A stretch of DNA of 64,000 nt from Patescibacteria group bacterium (GTDB lineage Bacteria > Patescibacteriota > Microgenomatia > Levybacterales > UBA12049): assembly GCA_038064195.1 (NCBI GenBank), contig JBBTTO010000002.1:141356-205355 (forward strand), read 5' to 3'. Position numbers and translations under genes: made by a program. Position 1 is the stretch's first letter; every line of letters begins with the position of its first letter. Shown piece after piece: positions 9,714 through 20,236 of the stretch. Below the pieces are notes generated by a model. The model had not been told where the DNA came from and ran no database searches. It saw nothing but the letters and a program-made list of their open reading frames with translations.

Positions 9714-11964
9714 TGGTCAAGGAAAAGCGGCACATCGCATTGGTCTCTGTTCCTTTAATAAAATACTCAGTCCTGCCGTTACAGGGGATAGCGACAACAC
9801 TGTCGGGCTTTAGTTGCTTAGTATCAGGCTTGTTACTTAGAAGCATGGTCATGATTTTGTTCCAGATAGGGGCCGCGCCCGTGATGCCCGATGCCAGGCT
9901 CTGACTCATCGGCGTGTTATCGTTATTTCCTACCCATACACTCACCACGTAGTCAGGCGTATAGCCATTAGTCCAGTTATCCCGTTTGTTATCTGTGGTA
10001 CCTGTTTTGACTGAGACCGTATGTCCCTGGATGCTAAGTGGTGAGTTAGGGCCGAATTCCATTGAACGAGCATTATTATCGCTTAAGATATCGGAGATAA
10101 TATATGCTACCCCCGGTTGAAGAACAGGCTGGCCTGAATTTTGACTTTTCTCTTCTAAGGTTTCGCCTTTAGAGTTGGTGATTTTAAGAATAGGATTCAG
10201 ATCGACCCGATTACCTTCATTAGCCAAGGTTCCGTTAACTGTTGCCATGTCAAGCATCGTCACTTCAGCTGCCCCGAGTGTTAATGAAAGGCCGTATTCT
10301 CCCTTTGGATCCCAGCTCCCAACACCCATTTCACGCGCGAAATGGACCATAGTCGGTATGCCTATTTGCTGGAGGACTTTAACAGCCGGGATATTGAGTG
10401 AATTTGCTAAAGCAAGTCTCAGCGGGAGTTTACCGTGAAAGCGGCCATCATAGTTGACCGGGCTGTAGGTACCACTGCCTGTCGGGAAGCTAACGGGTGA
10501 GTCATCAATGATTGATGCTGCCGTGAAGCCATTTGAGAGGGCCGCACTGTAGGTAACGGGTTTGATGGAGGAGCCCGGCTGGCGACGCGCAGTCGTGACA
10601 TTGACGTTCCCTCCGCTCGGATCATTAAAGTCCTTACTGCCGACCATCACTAAGATATCGCCATTTTTGGGGTTTGTCACGACTGCTGCTCCGTTTGAAA
10701 GATTGAGGTACGCGTCCCTTAGAACCTCATCTTTCACTATGGCTTGCACTTTATTTTGCAGAGACAGATCAAGGCTGGTTATTACCTGGAGTCCGCCTTT
10801 TTCAACCATTGCCAAGCCGTATTTTTTGACTAAGAAGTCCCGAATATAGTTAACAAAGTGAGGTGCGTTAAAAGCGGATTGCGTCTTTGCAAAACGCAGT
10901 TGCTCTATAGACGCGTCATTGGCCTGTTTTTTTGTTATATACCCTAATGAGACCATGCGGGAGAGAACATCTTTTTGTCTTTTCTTCCAAAGGGTAGGTT
11001 GATCTCCAAAAGGTGAATAGGTGGTAGGAGATGAAGTCAGGCCTGCCAAAAAAGCACTCTCTGAGAGATTAAGATCGCGAACATTTTTATTAAAATAAAC
11101 CTCCGATGCAGCTTCGACTCCCCACGCCGTGCCGCCGTAGGGAACTTGGTTAAAATACATTTCTAAGATCTGGTCTTTGGTATACATACGTTCCGACCAG
11201 AATGCCAGAACTATTTCTTTAAATTTGCGGCTCACGCTTTGTTCGGGAGTCAGCATAGAGGATTTGATGAGCTGTTGGGTAATAGTTGAGCCGCCCTGGA
11301 TAATTTTACCAGCAGAATGGTCTTCCTTCAGCGCACGTATAATGGAGGAGATATCAAAGCCCGGATGACGGTAAAAGTTTTTGTCCTCAATTGCAATTGT
11401 TGCTTCACGAAGACTTTTTGGGATATCTGAGAGCGGAACAAGTGTTCGGTTTTGTGAGGCATAGATTTCATAGAGGAGAATCCCTTTACGGTCGTAGATT
11501 TTGCTGGTTTGGGTAATCTGACGGGTAACCAGTTCCCTTGGATGCGGAAGGTCCTGGAGGAAAAGGAAAAAAACCAGGGGGAGAAAGATAAAAAGGAAGG
11601 AAAAGAGAAAGCCTACCAAAAAATAACGCAGCTTTGTCCCAAGTGAGAGACCAAACCGGGAAGAGTTCTTCGTCTTACGGGCGTATTTTGGGGAGATTTG
11701 TCTGGTAGACAGCTTTGGCTTTTTAAGACGTGAACTGAGTTGTCTGATGTTATAGATTTCCCTTCGTATTGCACGATACAGGAGAAGAGTCGCTTTTTGC
11801 ATACCCCGGAGGCATGTGAGAAGAACTGCGATGCAGAGATTAATAAGCGCAAAAACAAGATCACCGATGGTGATAAAAAAGAGTGCAACCCAACTGAGTC
11901 CGTAAAAAATAAGCCGCATAGTTTTTTGCCACGACAAATCACTGATTATCTCAGTGAAATCCAT
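9688..11964 (-). CDS. Class A penicillin-binding protein (PBP1A family)
   Basis: AIEDKNFY, QGGSTITQQL, RQPGSSIKP, SLN, KTGT. Confidence 0.95.
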   Translation of the reverse strand: MDFTEIISDLSWQKTMRLIFYGLSWVALFFITIGDLVFALINLCIAVLLTCLRGMQKATLLLYRAIRREIYNIRQLSSRLKKPKLSTRQISPKYARKTKNSSRFGLSLGTKLRYFLVGFLFSFLFIFLPLVFFLFLQDLPHPRELVTRQITQTSKIYDRKGILLYEIYASQNRTLVPLSDIPKSLREATIAIEDKNFYRHPGFDISSIIRALKEDHSAGKIIQGGSTITQQLIKSSMLTPEQSVSRKFKEIVLAFWSERMYTKDQILEMYFNQVPYGGTAWGVEAASEVYFNKNVRDLNLSESAFLAGLTSSPTTYSPFGDQPTLWKKRQKDVLSRMVSLGYITKKQANDASIEQLRFAKTQSAFNAPHFVNYIRDFLVKKYGLAMVEKGGLQVITSLDLSLQNKVQAIVKDEVLRDAYLNLSNGAAVVTNPKNGDILVMVGSKDFNDPSGGNVNVTTARRQPGSSIKPVTYSAALSNGFTAASIIDDSPVSFPTGSGTYSPVNYDGRFHGKLPLRLALANSLNIPAVKVLQQIGIPTMVHFAREMGVGSWDPKGEYGLSLTLGAAEVTMLDMATVNGTLANEGNRVDLNPILKITNSKGETLEEKSQNSGQPVLQPGVAYIISDILSDNNARSMEFGPNSPLSIQGHTVSVKTGTTDNKRDNWTNGYTPDYVVSVWVGNNDNTPMSQSLASGITGAAPIWNKIMTMLLSNKPDTKQLKPDSVVAIPCNGRTEYFIKGTETNAMCRFSLTITPTQTRR

Positions 11965-12031
11965 ACAAAACGTGTGGGGGCAAGCTAGTTGCGATTATAC
12001 TAAATGCACCTGAGCGTGAAAAGGGGAAGTA

Positions 12032-12412
12032 TTAGAGACCGGCTGCATCCTGCTCAAGCTGGGAGAAGTCTTCACCGGGATTACCTGTATCAAGTTGGGT
12101 TGCGGTTTCTTCATCATTGGCAAGTGACGGCGTCTTAGTTGGCGTGAGCTGGGCGGTCACAGATGGAGTAACAACTTGAGAGGTTTGCGTGGTAGGTAAT
12201 GAGGAATAACTACTGTTACGCATGAGCAGCAGGAGGCTTAATACAACTAAAATAATAACCAAAATAATAATCCCAATTATAAGTATCAGAGATTTTTTAT
12301 TTGCCTGTGCATTCAGGGGTGGAGGAGTGGCTGCAGGAGCACTAGTTGATGGTTGAGGGATGGCAGCTTGTGCCGGTTGCTGTTGCGGTAATGGTGAGTT
12401 TGTCGGTTCCAT
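12032..12412 (-). CDS. Hypothetical single-TM protein, P/Q-rich N-terminus
   Basis: ORF composition. Confidence 0.6.
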   Translation of the reverse strand: MEPTNSPLPQQQPAQAAIPQPSTSAPAATPPPLNAQANKKSLILIIGIIILVIILVVLSLLLLMRNSSYSSLPTTQTSQVVTPSVTAQLTPTKTPSLANDEETATQLDTGNPGEDFSQLEQDAAGL

Positions 12413-12415
12413 AGA

Positions 12416-13015
12416 TTAATTCGGTGTTACTGTTGGCGTTGTTTTTTGTAACTGCATGACTAGTTTTGCTACCTGGATAACTGCTTGCTGAGCAGTTTTT
12501 ACCGTGGCATGGGTCGCCTCAAGATCAGTTCGGAGACTTTTGATGGCTGTTTTGACCGTCTGACCCAAAGTCGTCTCGCCGGTAATAGTAATAATATAAT
12601 CTTTTGTTTGCTGTGTCTCAACCGCTTGTTTGGCTGTAGTGATAGCAGTCTGGGCATTGGTGATGGCAGTTGCTACTGATGGGTCGTCACCTGCTTTGTC
12701 TGCTATGCGATCAAGGATCTCAGACAAGCGTTCTAATGCCGCAGTCATTTGCGCAGTACGGCGCGAGTTAATTTGCTGCATGGCTGTATCAATTTTTTCA
12801 ACTATAGCTTGCTTACGTTCATCTTTAAGAGCAGCAAGCTTTTGCTTGAACTCCTCCCGCGTGGCTTGGCGATTTGTAAGGAGTTCCTGTTTGAGTACGG
12901 TTCGTGTGGGAGTGCCGGAGATCGCTCCCGGATTTATTTGGGCTGAGGCAACCGGGGTCAAAAAGAGGAATAATGCGAGAAGAGAGCTGATAGAGGCTAA
13001 GGTTTTCATAAGCAT
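12416..13015 (-). CDS. Secreted alpha-helical/coiled-coil protein
   Basis: Signal peptide, A/T/K/Q-rich helices. Confidence 0.65.
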   Translation of the reverse strand: MLMKTLASISSLLALFLFLTPVASAQINPGAISGTPTRTVLKQELLTNRQATREEFKQKLAALKDERKQAIVEKIDTAMQQINSRRTAQMTAALERLSEILDRIADKAGDDPSVATAITNAQTAITTAKQAVETQQTKDYIITITGETTLGQTVKTAIKSLRTDLEATHATVKTAQQAVIQVAKLVMQLQKTTPTVTPN

Positions 13016-13045
13016 CTTCCATCGTACTTAGCTATGACTAAATTG

Positions 13046-15214
13046 TCAAGGTGTCGGGCTAGGTGTAGGATGCGCACATGTTACACAGTAGCGATTATTG
13101 AGAGGATCAGTAACGATTAACTCGTCACGCTGTTCGACATTATCGGTTTGTCCTTCTTTGGCCAGATCATTGGTTCCTTTGTCGATAAAAACTTTCTGAA
13201 GACCGGGGTCTGTTTTTTTAGGTTCGGTGCCTTTAATAAAGTATTCAAAGCGAGTCGGGCAGGCGCCACTCGTTCCCTCGGCTGGAGGAAGGAGTCCCGA
13301 CGTTGAACAAACCGTCTTGCCGATAATTGATGTCGGGCGGAGAGGTTGTTCCACAGGCTTGTCGCCGATCAGGTAGGTCATCAACGTATTCCAAATTGGG
13401 GCAGCTCCGGTTATGCCTGATGCGATATTACTCATCGGTGTATTGTCGTTATTGCCGACCCAGGTGGCAACGATAAAAGAAGGCGTATAGCCAATTGTCC
13501 AGTTATCCCGGAGGTCATTGGTGGTACCTGTCTTGACCGATACCGGAAGGCTTTTGCCTACTCGAAGTGCTGAGTTAGGCCCGAATTCCATTGACCGGGC
13601 TCCGTTATCTGAGAGAATATTTGAAATAATATAGGCAACTCCGCTTGGCAGGACCCGCTTACCAAAGATAGGGCTTTCAGGGGGAGTATATTGTTCAAGA
13701 ACGCGATTATGGCTGTCCGTTACTTTGAGAATCGGGTGCAGATCGATACGATAGCCGCTGTTGGCAAAAACCCCGTAAGCAGTTGCCATTTCAAGCATCG
13801 TCACCTCACCTCCCCCTAACGTTAGAGAAAGGCCATAGCGGGACGGATCTTTTTCATAGCCGGTTATTCCCATGGCTGAAGCTGTGGCGATCATCGCCTC
13901 AATGGTATTCAGCTTGAGCATTTGTACAGCTGAGGTATTAATCGAATTAGCTAAAGCAAAGCGCATTTGTATGACTCCGCGATATTTTCCGTCATAGTTT
14001 TTCGGACAGAAGGCCGGTGCGTGGTTGGGGTTTGGGAAACAAATCGCCTGATCGATAAATGGTGTCGCGGCAGTGTAGCCCTTTAATAGCCCCACAGCAT
14101 AATTAATCGGCTTTATTGATGAGCCAGGTTGACGATGGGCAAGTGTGACGTTGACATTTCCATCAGATGTCTCGTCAAAGTAATCCTTACTTCCAACCAT
14201 GGCCAGGATCTCGCCTGTCCCGGGGCGGGTGATAAGCGCAGCCGCATTGCCGACGCGGTAGGATTTTAATTTGGCTACTTCGGAAGCCACTGTCGCTTGG
14301 GCGAAGTTTTGCGTTGTCAAATCAAGACTGGTAATGACAGTCAGACCGCCTTGCTCAACTGTTTTTGAGCCGTATTTTTTTTGCAGGAGGTCTTTAACAT
14401 ACAAGACAAAGTGCGGAGCCAGGATAGGATTACTTAACTTCCTATAACTCAGCGGTTCTTTTTTAGCCTTCTCAAACTGTGTCTTCGTAATATATTTCTG
14501 GTCATACATCGCTTTAAGGATTTCTACTTGACGCTCTTTTGCCAGTTCAGGATGTGAGCCGAATGGAGAGTAGGTCGTAGGTGATTCGGGAAGCCCTGCC
14601 AGGAGAGCTGATTGGGCAAGATCAAGTTGTTGGACTGTTTTACCGAAATATGTTTGAGAGGCTGCCTCAACACCATATGCTGTTCCACCATAAGGGACCT
14701 GGTTAAGATACATCTCCAGAATTTTGTTTTTGGGATAAATAATTTCTGTGGCAAATGATTCAAGTACTTCTTTTACTTTGCGCTGCACGGTCCGTTCAGG
14801 TGTCAGGAGGCTTGTTTTGACCAGTTGCTGGGTGAGGGTTGAGCCCCCCTGAAGGTCTTTTTTAAAGACTGTGGCATAGGCAGCCCGCATAATCCCGCGG
14901 AGGTCAACCGGACCATGGTGGTAGAAATCCTTATCCTCAATAGCAATTGTGGCGTGCTGGAGATCAAGAGGGATACGATCAAGGGGGGTGAAAGACTGAT
15001 TTTTATCGGCATAAATGGTATAGAGAAGCTGGTGATTACGGTCATAGATCTTAGTCGATTGGGGAAGAGTAGCACTACTCAGTCGGGTTGGTGAGGGAAG
15101 ATCACGGAGAATAAAAAAATAGAAGAGGCCAACGAAGATGAAGAGAGGTAAAAAGAGAAAGAGAAGGCGGTATCTTTTTTGAGGCAGTATTTTCCGGATA
15201 GTTATTTTTTTCAT
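13046..15214 (-). CDS. Class A penicillin-binding protein (PBP1A family), paralog 2
   Basis: AIEDKDFY, QGGSTLTQQL, RQPGSSIKP, KTGT. Confidence 0.95.
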   Translation of the reverse strand: MKKITIRKILPQKRYRLLFLFLPLFIFVGLFYFFILRDLPSPTRLSSATLPQSTKIYDRNHQLLYTIYADKNQSFTPLDRIPLDLQHATIAIEDKDFYHHGPVDLRGIMRAAYATVFKKDLQGGSTLTQQLVKTSLLTPERTVQRKVKEVLESFATEIIYPKNKILEMYLNQVPYGGTAYGVEAASQTYFGKTVQQLDLAQSALLAGLPESPTTYSPFGSHPELAKERQVEILKAMYDQKYITKTQFEKAKKEPLSYRKLSNPILAPHFVLYVKDLLQKKYGSKTVEQGGLTVITSLDLTTQNFAQATVASEVAKLKSYRVGNAAALITRPGTGEILAMVGSKDYFDETSDGNVNVTLAHRQPGSSIKPINYAVGLLKGYTAATPFIDQAICFPNPNHAPAFCPKNYDGKYRGVIQMRFALANSINTSAVQMLKLNTIEAMIATASAMGITGYEKDPSRYGLSLTLGGGEVTMLEMATAYGVFANSGYRIDLHPILKVTDSHNRVLEQYTPPESPIFGKRVLPSGVAYIISNILSDNGARSMEFGPNSALRVGKSLPVSVKTGTTNDLRDNWTIGYTPSFIVATWVGNNDNTPMSNIASGITGAAPIWNTLMTYLIGDKPVEQPLRPTSIIGKTVCSTSGLLPPAEGTSGACPTRFEYFIKGTEPKKTDPGLQKVFIDKGTNDLAKEGQTDNVEQRDELIVTDPLNNRYCVTCAHPTPSPTP

Positions 15215-15297
15215 CTCTCTAATGATAGCACTCAGCTTTGAGAGCTGACAAATTACATCTGGCGGACGGATTTTCTCTTGCTATAATAAGTCAGTCT

Positions 15298-16347
15298 ATG
15301 CAAGCTGTTTTCTCACTCAGCGATGTTGTCTCGCAACTTTTGTCCTTGCTGTCAATCAGACAATTCGGCGTAAATTCACTTGACCTGATCATGCTTGGGG
15401 TTATTATTTTTTACAGTTATGAGGGATATCTCCTGGGATTTATTTTGGCACTTTTAGATTTCGGCAGTTTTATTTTCGCGTTTATCATCGGACTTGTCTT
15501 TTTTTCAAGCGTCGGGCAATTACTCGTTCAGCTTTTTTCACTTCCGCAAGGTTTTGCCAATGCAATCGGATTTTTTCTGGTGGCACTTATCAGCGAGGTC
15601 GTTGTCAGCTTCCTTTCCCGACAATTTTTTCGCAGAGTAAGTACTCTTACTCAAACTCATCAGCTTCCGAAGGTTTTAACTAAACTCAATCATCCTTTAG
15701 GCATTCTTCCGGGACTTGCTTCAGCCTATATTCTCCTGTCATTTATCCTGACTGTCATTATTGCCTTACCGACCTCGCCGAGCCTCAAGCAACTCGTCTC
15801 AGATTCACGTCTGGGGAGTAGTTTGGTAGCCCACACTGCCAGCCTACAGACAACACTCAATGATGTTTTTGGCGGAGCTGTACAGGATAGCCTCAATGTC
15901 ATGACCGTGAAGCCCGAGAGTGATGAGCCGGTCAGCCTCCATTTTACCGTGCCGGAGCCAGTACCTGATGAGGAGGCAGAGGCTGAGATGGTAGAACTTA
16001 TTAATAGAGAGAGGCAGCTCCATGGACTCCAGCCTGTACGCCCTACCGCCAAGCTACTTATTCTGTCCAGGTACTATGCCACAGATATGCTTAGGCGTGG
16101 TTATTTTTCACACTATAATCCTGAAGGGCAATCTCCCTTTGATCGTATGACAAGTGCTGATATCCAGTATATTCACGCGGGGGAAAACTTAGCGCTTGCT
16201 CCAAGTACTCCTCTAGCACACCAGGGGTTGATGAATAGCCCGGGACACAGAGCCAATATCTTATCCCCTGACTATCATCAGGTAGGTGTCGGGGTGATGG
16301 ATGCGGGGATATACGGCAAAATGTTCGTTCAGGAATTTACCGATTAA
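15298..16347 (+). CDS. CvpA-like membrane domain fused to CAP (SCP) domain
   Basis: N-terminal 4-5 TM; LINRER, YFSH, GENLA, MNSPGHRANIL. Confidence 0.85.
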   Translation: MQAVFSLSDVVSQLLSLLSIRQFGVNSLDLIMLGVIIFYSYEGYLLGFILALLDFGSFIFAFIIGLVFFSSVGQLLVQLFSLPQGFANAIGFFLVALISEVVVSFLSRQFFRRVSTLTQTHQLPKVLTKLNHPLGILPGLASAYILLSFILTVIIALPTSPSLKQLVSDSRLGSSLVAHTASLQTTLNDVFGGAVQDSLNVMTVKPESDEPVSLHFTVPEPVPDEEAEAEMVELINRERQLHGLQPVRPTAKLLILSRYYATDMLRRGYFSHYNPEGQSPFDRMTSADIQYIHAGENLALAPSTPLAHQGLMNSPGHRANILSPDYHQVGVGVMDAGIYGKMFVQEFTD

Positions 16348-16402
16348 TAATCCCTCCAGAAGAGAACTTAGTTAGACTTTAGACTTTTATCTGCGTATCT
16401 GA

Positions 16403-16447
16403 CCTCACCCTGCCCTGCGGGCGTTCCCTCTCCTGGCAGGAGAGGGA
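16403..16447. repeat. REP-like palindrome between convergent genes
   Basis: CCTCACCC...TCCCTCTCCTG-G-CAGGAGAGGGA hairpin. Confidence 0.7.
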
Positions 16448-16462
16448 TATGAGGTTAAGCTA

Positions 16463-17197
16463 TTAGAGCGCAAAGAGGATGAGAGCCCCAAGGATTGTCA
16501 GGAGGATACCGCCGATAATTGTGAAGGTCTGCATCGCACTTCCTGGGCTAGCCAATGTCGGTGTCGGTGTGTCGGTCGCTACCCCTGGTATTGGTGTGTT
16601 GGTCGGTGTCGGAGTATCGGTTGGAGTACTCGTAGGATTAGGTGTATTGGTCGCGATAACCGGTGTTGGGGTATTTGTCGGGACAGGTATAGTGGTTGGC
16701 GTTGGCGTATTCGTTGGTGTGCTTGACGGAGCAGGAGTCGGTATGGGGGTATCAGTTGGTGTGGGCAGGTTTGAGGTAGGCGTAGGGATAGGTGTGTCGG
16801 TTGGCGTTGGTATGGGCGTAGTATTAGGAGTACAGGTGGCAGTAGCTGTACCAGGAGCTCCTGTCCCGCAGGTATTGATGGCCGAGACTGAACATTGATA
16901 GGTTTTATTGGTTTCACTCGTGAAGGTAATTTTTGTCGTGCCACTATCAACATCGCTTTCCGCCACTATATTATTTGAGTCGACTTCGACTACTTTGTAA
17001 TGGTACGAGGTAGCTCCGGGGAGGGCATCCCATTCACACGAGGAAAGATTCGCGACGCAAGCTGGTGTTGGTGTGGGTTCAGCCGCTCTTTGGCGGATAT
17101 CCTGCTGTTGTTGATTAAGATATAGTCCAAGGACAAGCCCGCCTATCAGAAAGAGTGCGACGATGATGCCTATGACTAATGACTTTCTTATTCTCAT
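16463..17197 (-). CDS. Surface protein: TM, QQQDIRQRAA motif, FN3-like domain, PT repeats, C-terminal TM
   Basis: Direct reading; paralog of 17201-17800. Confidence 0.75.
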   Translation of the reverse strand: MRIRKSLVIGIIVALFLIGGLVLGLYLNQQQQDIRQRAAEPTPTPACVANLSSCEWDALPGATSYHYKVVEVDSNNIVAESDVDSGTTKITFTSETNKTYQCSVSAINTCGTGAPGTATATCTPNTTPIPTPTDTPIPTPTSNLPTPTDTPIPTPAPSSTPTNTPTPTTIPVPTNTPTPVIATNTPNPTSTPTDTPTPTNTPIPGVATDTPTPTLASPGSAMQTFTIIGGILLTILGALILFAL

Positions 17198-17200
17198 AGT

Positions 17201-17800
17201 TTAGCCTCCGCAGTTGGGACACGTTATATGAACATTCGTCACTTGCCCCGGGACAGGACAGGCTGTCGGTGTCGGTGTCAGGGGTGGAAAAGTCGGTGTC
17301 GGTGTCAGGGTAGGTGTAGCCGTTGGTATAGGTGTTGCGGTGGGAATTGGTGTCGGCGTCAGGGTTGGTGTGGGGGTATGCGTCGGTACGCCAGGAATGG
17401 TAGGGGTTGGTGTGGGGGTATTAGTCGGTAAGACGCTACAGGTAGCCTGAGCCTGTCCAGCCGGACCGACACCGCAGGTATTGCCGGCCGTGACGATACA
17501 GCGGTAGGTCTTATTTGCCTCACTGGTAAAGGTTATTTGTGTAGTTGGAGACTGGACATCGCCTTCAGAAATGACTACATTTGTGCTGACATCGATGATC
17601 TTGTAATGATAAGACGTTGCGGCTACCACAGGATCCCAGGCGCAGGTTGATTGATTGGCTACGCAAGCTGGTGGTGTGGGTTCAGCCGCTCTTTGGCGGA
17701 TATCCTGCTGTTGTTGAGACAGGAAAAGCGTTATGCCTACGCCTGCCAGAAGAAGGAGCGCGAGAGTAATTCCTATAATGACTCGTTTATTTATCTTCAT
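17201..17800 (-). CDS. Surface protein: TM, QQQDIRQRAA motif, FN3-like domain, PT repeats, CPNC tail
   Basis: Direct reading. Confidence 0.75.
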   Translation of the reverse strand: MKINKRVIIGITLALLLLAGVGITLFLSQQQQDIRQRAAEPTPPACVANQSTCAWDPVVAATSYHYKIIDVSTNVVISEGDVQSPTTQITFTSEANKTYRCIVTAGNTCGVGPAGQAQATCSVLPTNTPTPTPTIPGVPTHTPTPTLTPTPIPTATPIPTATPTLTPTPTFPPLTPTPTACPVPGQVTNVHITCPNCGG

Positions 17801-17802
17801 AA

Positions 17803-19059
17803 TTACGTATTACAGTTAGGGCAATTAATTTTGACATTTTGAACAACTCCAGGTGTGACACAGGGTACCGGGGTGGTTGGGGTGGGGGTAGCTGACGGAG
17901 TATCTGTTGGGATTATGGTCGGTGTTGGTGTGTCTGTCGGGACAGGTGTCTCCGTTGCTGTGGGGGTAGCTGACGGAACATCTGTTGGGGTAGGAGTGGG
18001 CGTGGGGATGACCGGAGTACACACTGAAATAATATGATAATATCCGTCTAAGTAACGATGTGAACCTGAATAGAAGCGAGTTGTTGGGGTGAAGGACGGA
18101 TAGATAAAACTTCCTTCAAAAACATCAGTCTGCCAGGCACATCCCGGAACATTCACCTCAAAATATTTTGTTTGTCCCGGAGCGATGGTATCAGTGAATG
18201 CCGAGTAAATGGTCTGAGTCCAAATCCAGTTATATTCATCTACGCAGGCGATATCTGTTGCCGGACAGTTATCCGGGTAAATGGTAGGATAGGGAATATA
18301 TGCCTTGTAAGAGGCCATGCCGACAGTTCGTGTTGTCGAGCCGGTATTGGTGATCTTGCCGTAGTTTTTCCCGTTGACTGGCTGGTCCATCACGCAGCCT
18401 CTGAGTCCTGAAACAAGCTCAGATGTGGGAGCTGTACATAAAGAAGAGTCATAGTCCGGCGGGGCTGAGGTAAAGCTTTTGCCAAGAGTCCAGGCTGGTT
18501 TATCAGCGATAGTGTATTTGATATCGATTTCATTATTCAGGTAATTTGATTCTGTGACGAATTTATTGGCATTGATCATAATACGAGCCGTGAATGTCCC
18601 GGCCGCGCTGCGTCGCCAGGAGTAGGTACTGTTACTAAAGCGCGTCTGAGTGGATGAGCCATAGATAGAGGTATAGGTAAACGCTGCTCCGGCTCCGAAC
18701 TCGCCGTTTTTCATCTGCAGAGTTGGGGTACTGGTGGTATCAAAAGTAATAGGCACTGACCTGTTGGCATAGATTTTGGTCAAAGTTGAGCCATCATTGG
18801 AGGTTCCTTTAACTCCGCCTTGATTTTTAAGTTTGACCCGTACATAAATGTCCTCCCCTATATTAAAAGTAGTCCTCACATTTCCGCCCGCATCGGTTAA
18901 TTGAAAGGAATCAACAATCAGGTCGGCTGCTGTTGCAGCGCGTTGCCTGACATCTTGCTGTTGTTGTGAGAGATAGACGCCGACGGGTACACCGACTACT
19001 AAAAGCAGGAGAATAACAAAAGAGAGTATACGTTTTTTGGACGAAAGCAATGTTCTCAC
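17803..19059 (-). CDS. Surface protein: TM, QQQDVRQRAA motif, CARDB-like domain, PT repeats, CPNC tail
   Basis: ADLIV...VKLKNQG...ESNY.NN CARDB-like pattern. Confidence 0.7.
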   Translation of the reverse strand: MRTLLSSKKRILSFVILLLLVVGVPVGVYLSQQQQDVRQRAATAADLIVDSFQLTDAGGNVRTTFNIGEDIYVRVKLKNQGGVKGTSNDGSTLTKIYANRSVPITFDTTSTPTLQMKNGEFGAGAAFTYTSIYGSSTQTRFSNSTYSWRRSAAGTFTARIMINANKFVTESNYLNNEIDIKYTIADKPAWTLGKSFTSAPPDYDSSLCTAPTSELVSGLRGCVMDQPVNGKNYGKITNTGSTTRTVGMASYKAYIPYPTIYPDNCPATDIACVDEYNWIWTQTIYSAFTDTIAPGQTKYFEVNVPGCAWQTDVFEGSFIYPSFTPTTRFYSGSHRYLDGYYHIISVCTPVIPTPTPTPTDVPSATPTATETPVPTDTPTPTIIPTDTPSATPTPTTPVPCVTPGVVQNVKINCPNCNT

Positions 19060-19172
19060 AAATAACTATCCCGAAAAATCGAGCTAAGATCATCATACGC
19101 ATAATCATTTATTCACGTCAACTAGAGAAGGAAGAGACTTGTAATTTTTATGCCTCTGTTTATACTAGAAGT

Positions 19173-20210
19173 ATGATACGGGTTGCGATTAATGGCTATG
19201 GAAGAATCGGTCGGGTCGCACATAGAGCTATCTTGCAGAGCCACAGTGACACAATTGAGGTGGTGGCGATCAATGCCGGTTCCTCAACTGACCTTGTCGG
19301 CTGGAAATACCTTCTCCAATATGACTCAGTCTATGGACCCTTACTGCTGGCGCTACATACACAGGCGCGACAGGACAGTGATCCGGAAGAACTTTTAGGG
19401 CAACTGGTTATCAACGACCAAGCGATCCCTGTCTATTCACAAAAAGACCCCCTGCTCCTACCATGGAAGGATCTCAATGTCGATGTTGTTATCGAGTCGA
19501 CAGGGCAGTTTCGTACGAAGGACGCACTTGAAAAGCATCTCACAGCCGGAGCAAAAGCCGTGGTGCTCTCCGCTCCGAGTAAAGGAGATGGGGTAGATAC
19601 GATAGTACTTGGGGTTAATCCCGAGACCTATAAAGGACAGAAAGTGATCAGTAACGCCTCCTGCACGACTAACTGTATCGCCCCTGTTGCCAAAATAATG
19701 CAGGAGCATTTCGGTATCGAAAAAGCCATGATGACTACTGTTCACGGCTATACCTCAGATCAGCGTCTCCAGGATGGAGGGCATAAAGACTACAGGCGGG
19801 CACGAGCAGCCGGACTTAATATCATCCCGACATCAACCGGCGCCACAGATGCGGCTGCAAAAGCAGTACCTGAGCTTGAAGGGAAATTCAAAGGCTTATC
19901 CCTTCGTGTTCCTGTTCCTGTCGGATCACTGTCAGATTTTACTTTTCTCTTATCTAAAGCCACAAGTTCCGAGGAAATCAATACACTATTGCGTCAGGCA
20001 GCTGCGGACCCCATATATCGGGGAATTTTAACCGTGACCGATGAACCGCTGGTCTCCAGTGATATTATCGGTAATCCGCATTCAAGTATTGTCGACCTCT
20101 CATTAACACAAGTAGTAGGAGGGACCTTAGCAAAAGTAGTCGTATGGTATGACAACGAGTACGGTTATGCCAATCGTCTTATTGAAGAAGTCCGACTTTT
20201 GGCTTCATAA
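19173..20210 (+). CDS. gap: Glyceraldehyde-3-phosphate dehydrogenase type I
   Basis: INGYGRIGR, SNASCTTNC, WYDNEYGY. Confidence 0.97.
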   Translation: MIRVAINGYGRIGRVAHRAILQSHSDTIEVVAINAGSSTDLVGWKYLLQYDSVYGPLLLALHTQARQDSDPEELLGQLVINDQAIPVYSQKDPLLLPWKDLNVDVVIESTGQFRTKDALEKHLTAGAKAVVLSAPSKGDGVDTIVLGVNPETYKGQKVISNASCTTNCIAPVAKIMQEHFGIEKAMMTTVHGYTSDQRLQDGGHKDYRRARAAGLNIIPTSTGATDAAAKAVPELEGKFKGLSLRVPVPVGSLSDFTFLLSKATSSEEINTLLRQAAADPIYRGILTVTDEPLVSSDIIGNPHSSIVDLSLTQVVGGTLAKVVVWYDNEYGYANRLIEEVRLLAS

Positions 20211-20236
20211 TCTGCTATACTCAGATCTCATTGTTT

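Noticed and set aside
16540-18010. Tandem GGTGT-like repeats as CRISPR or VNTR
   Set aside because: They are codons of Pro-Thr linkers; there is no constant repeat-spacer structure and no cas genes.
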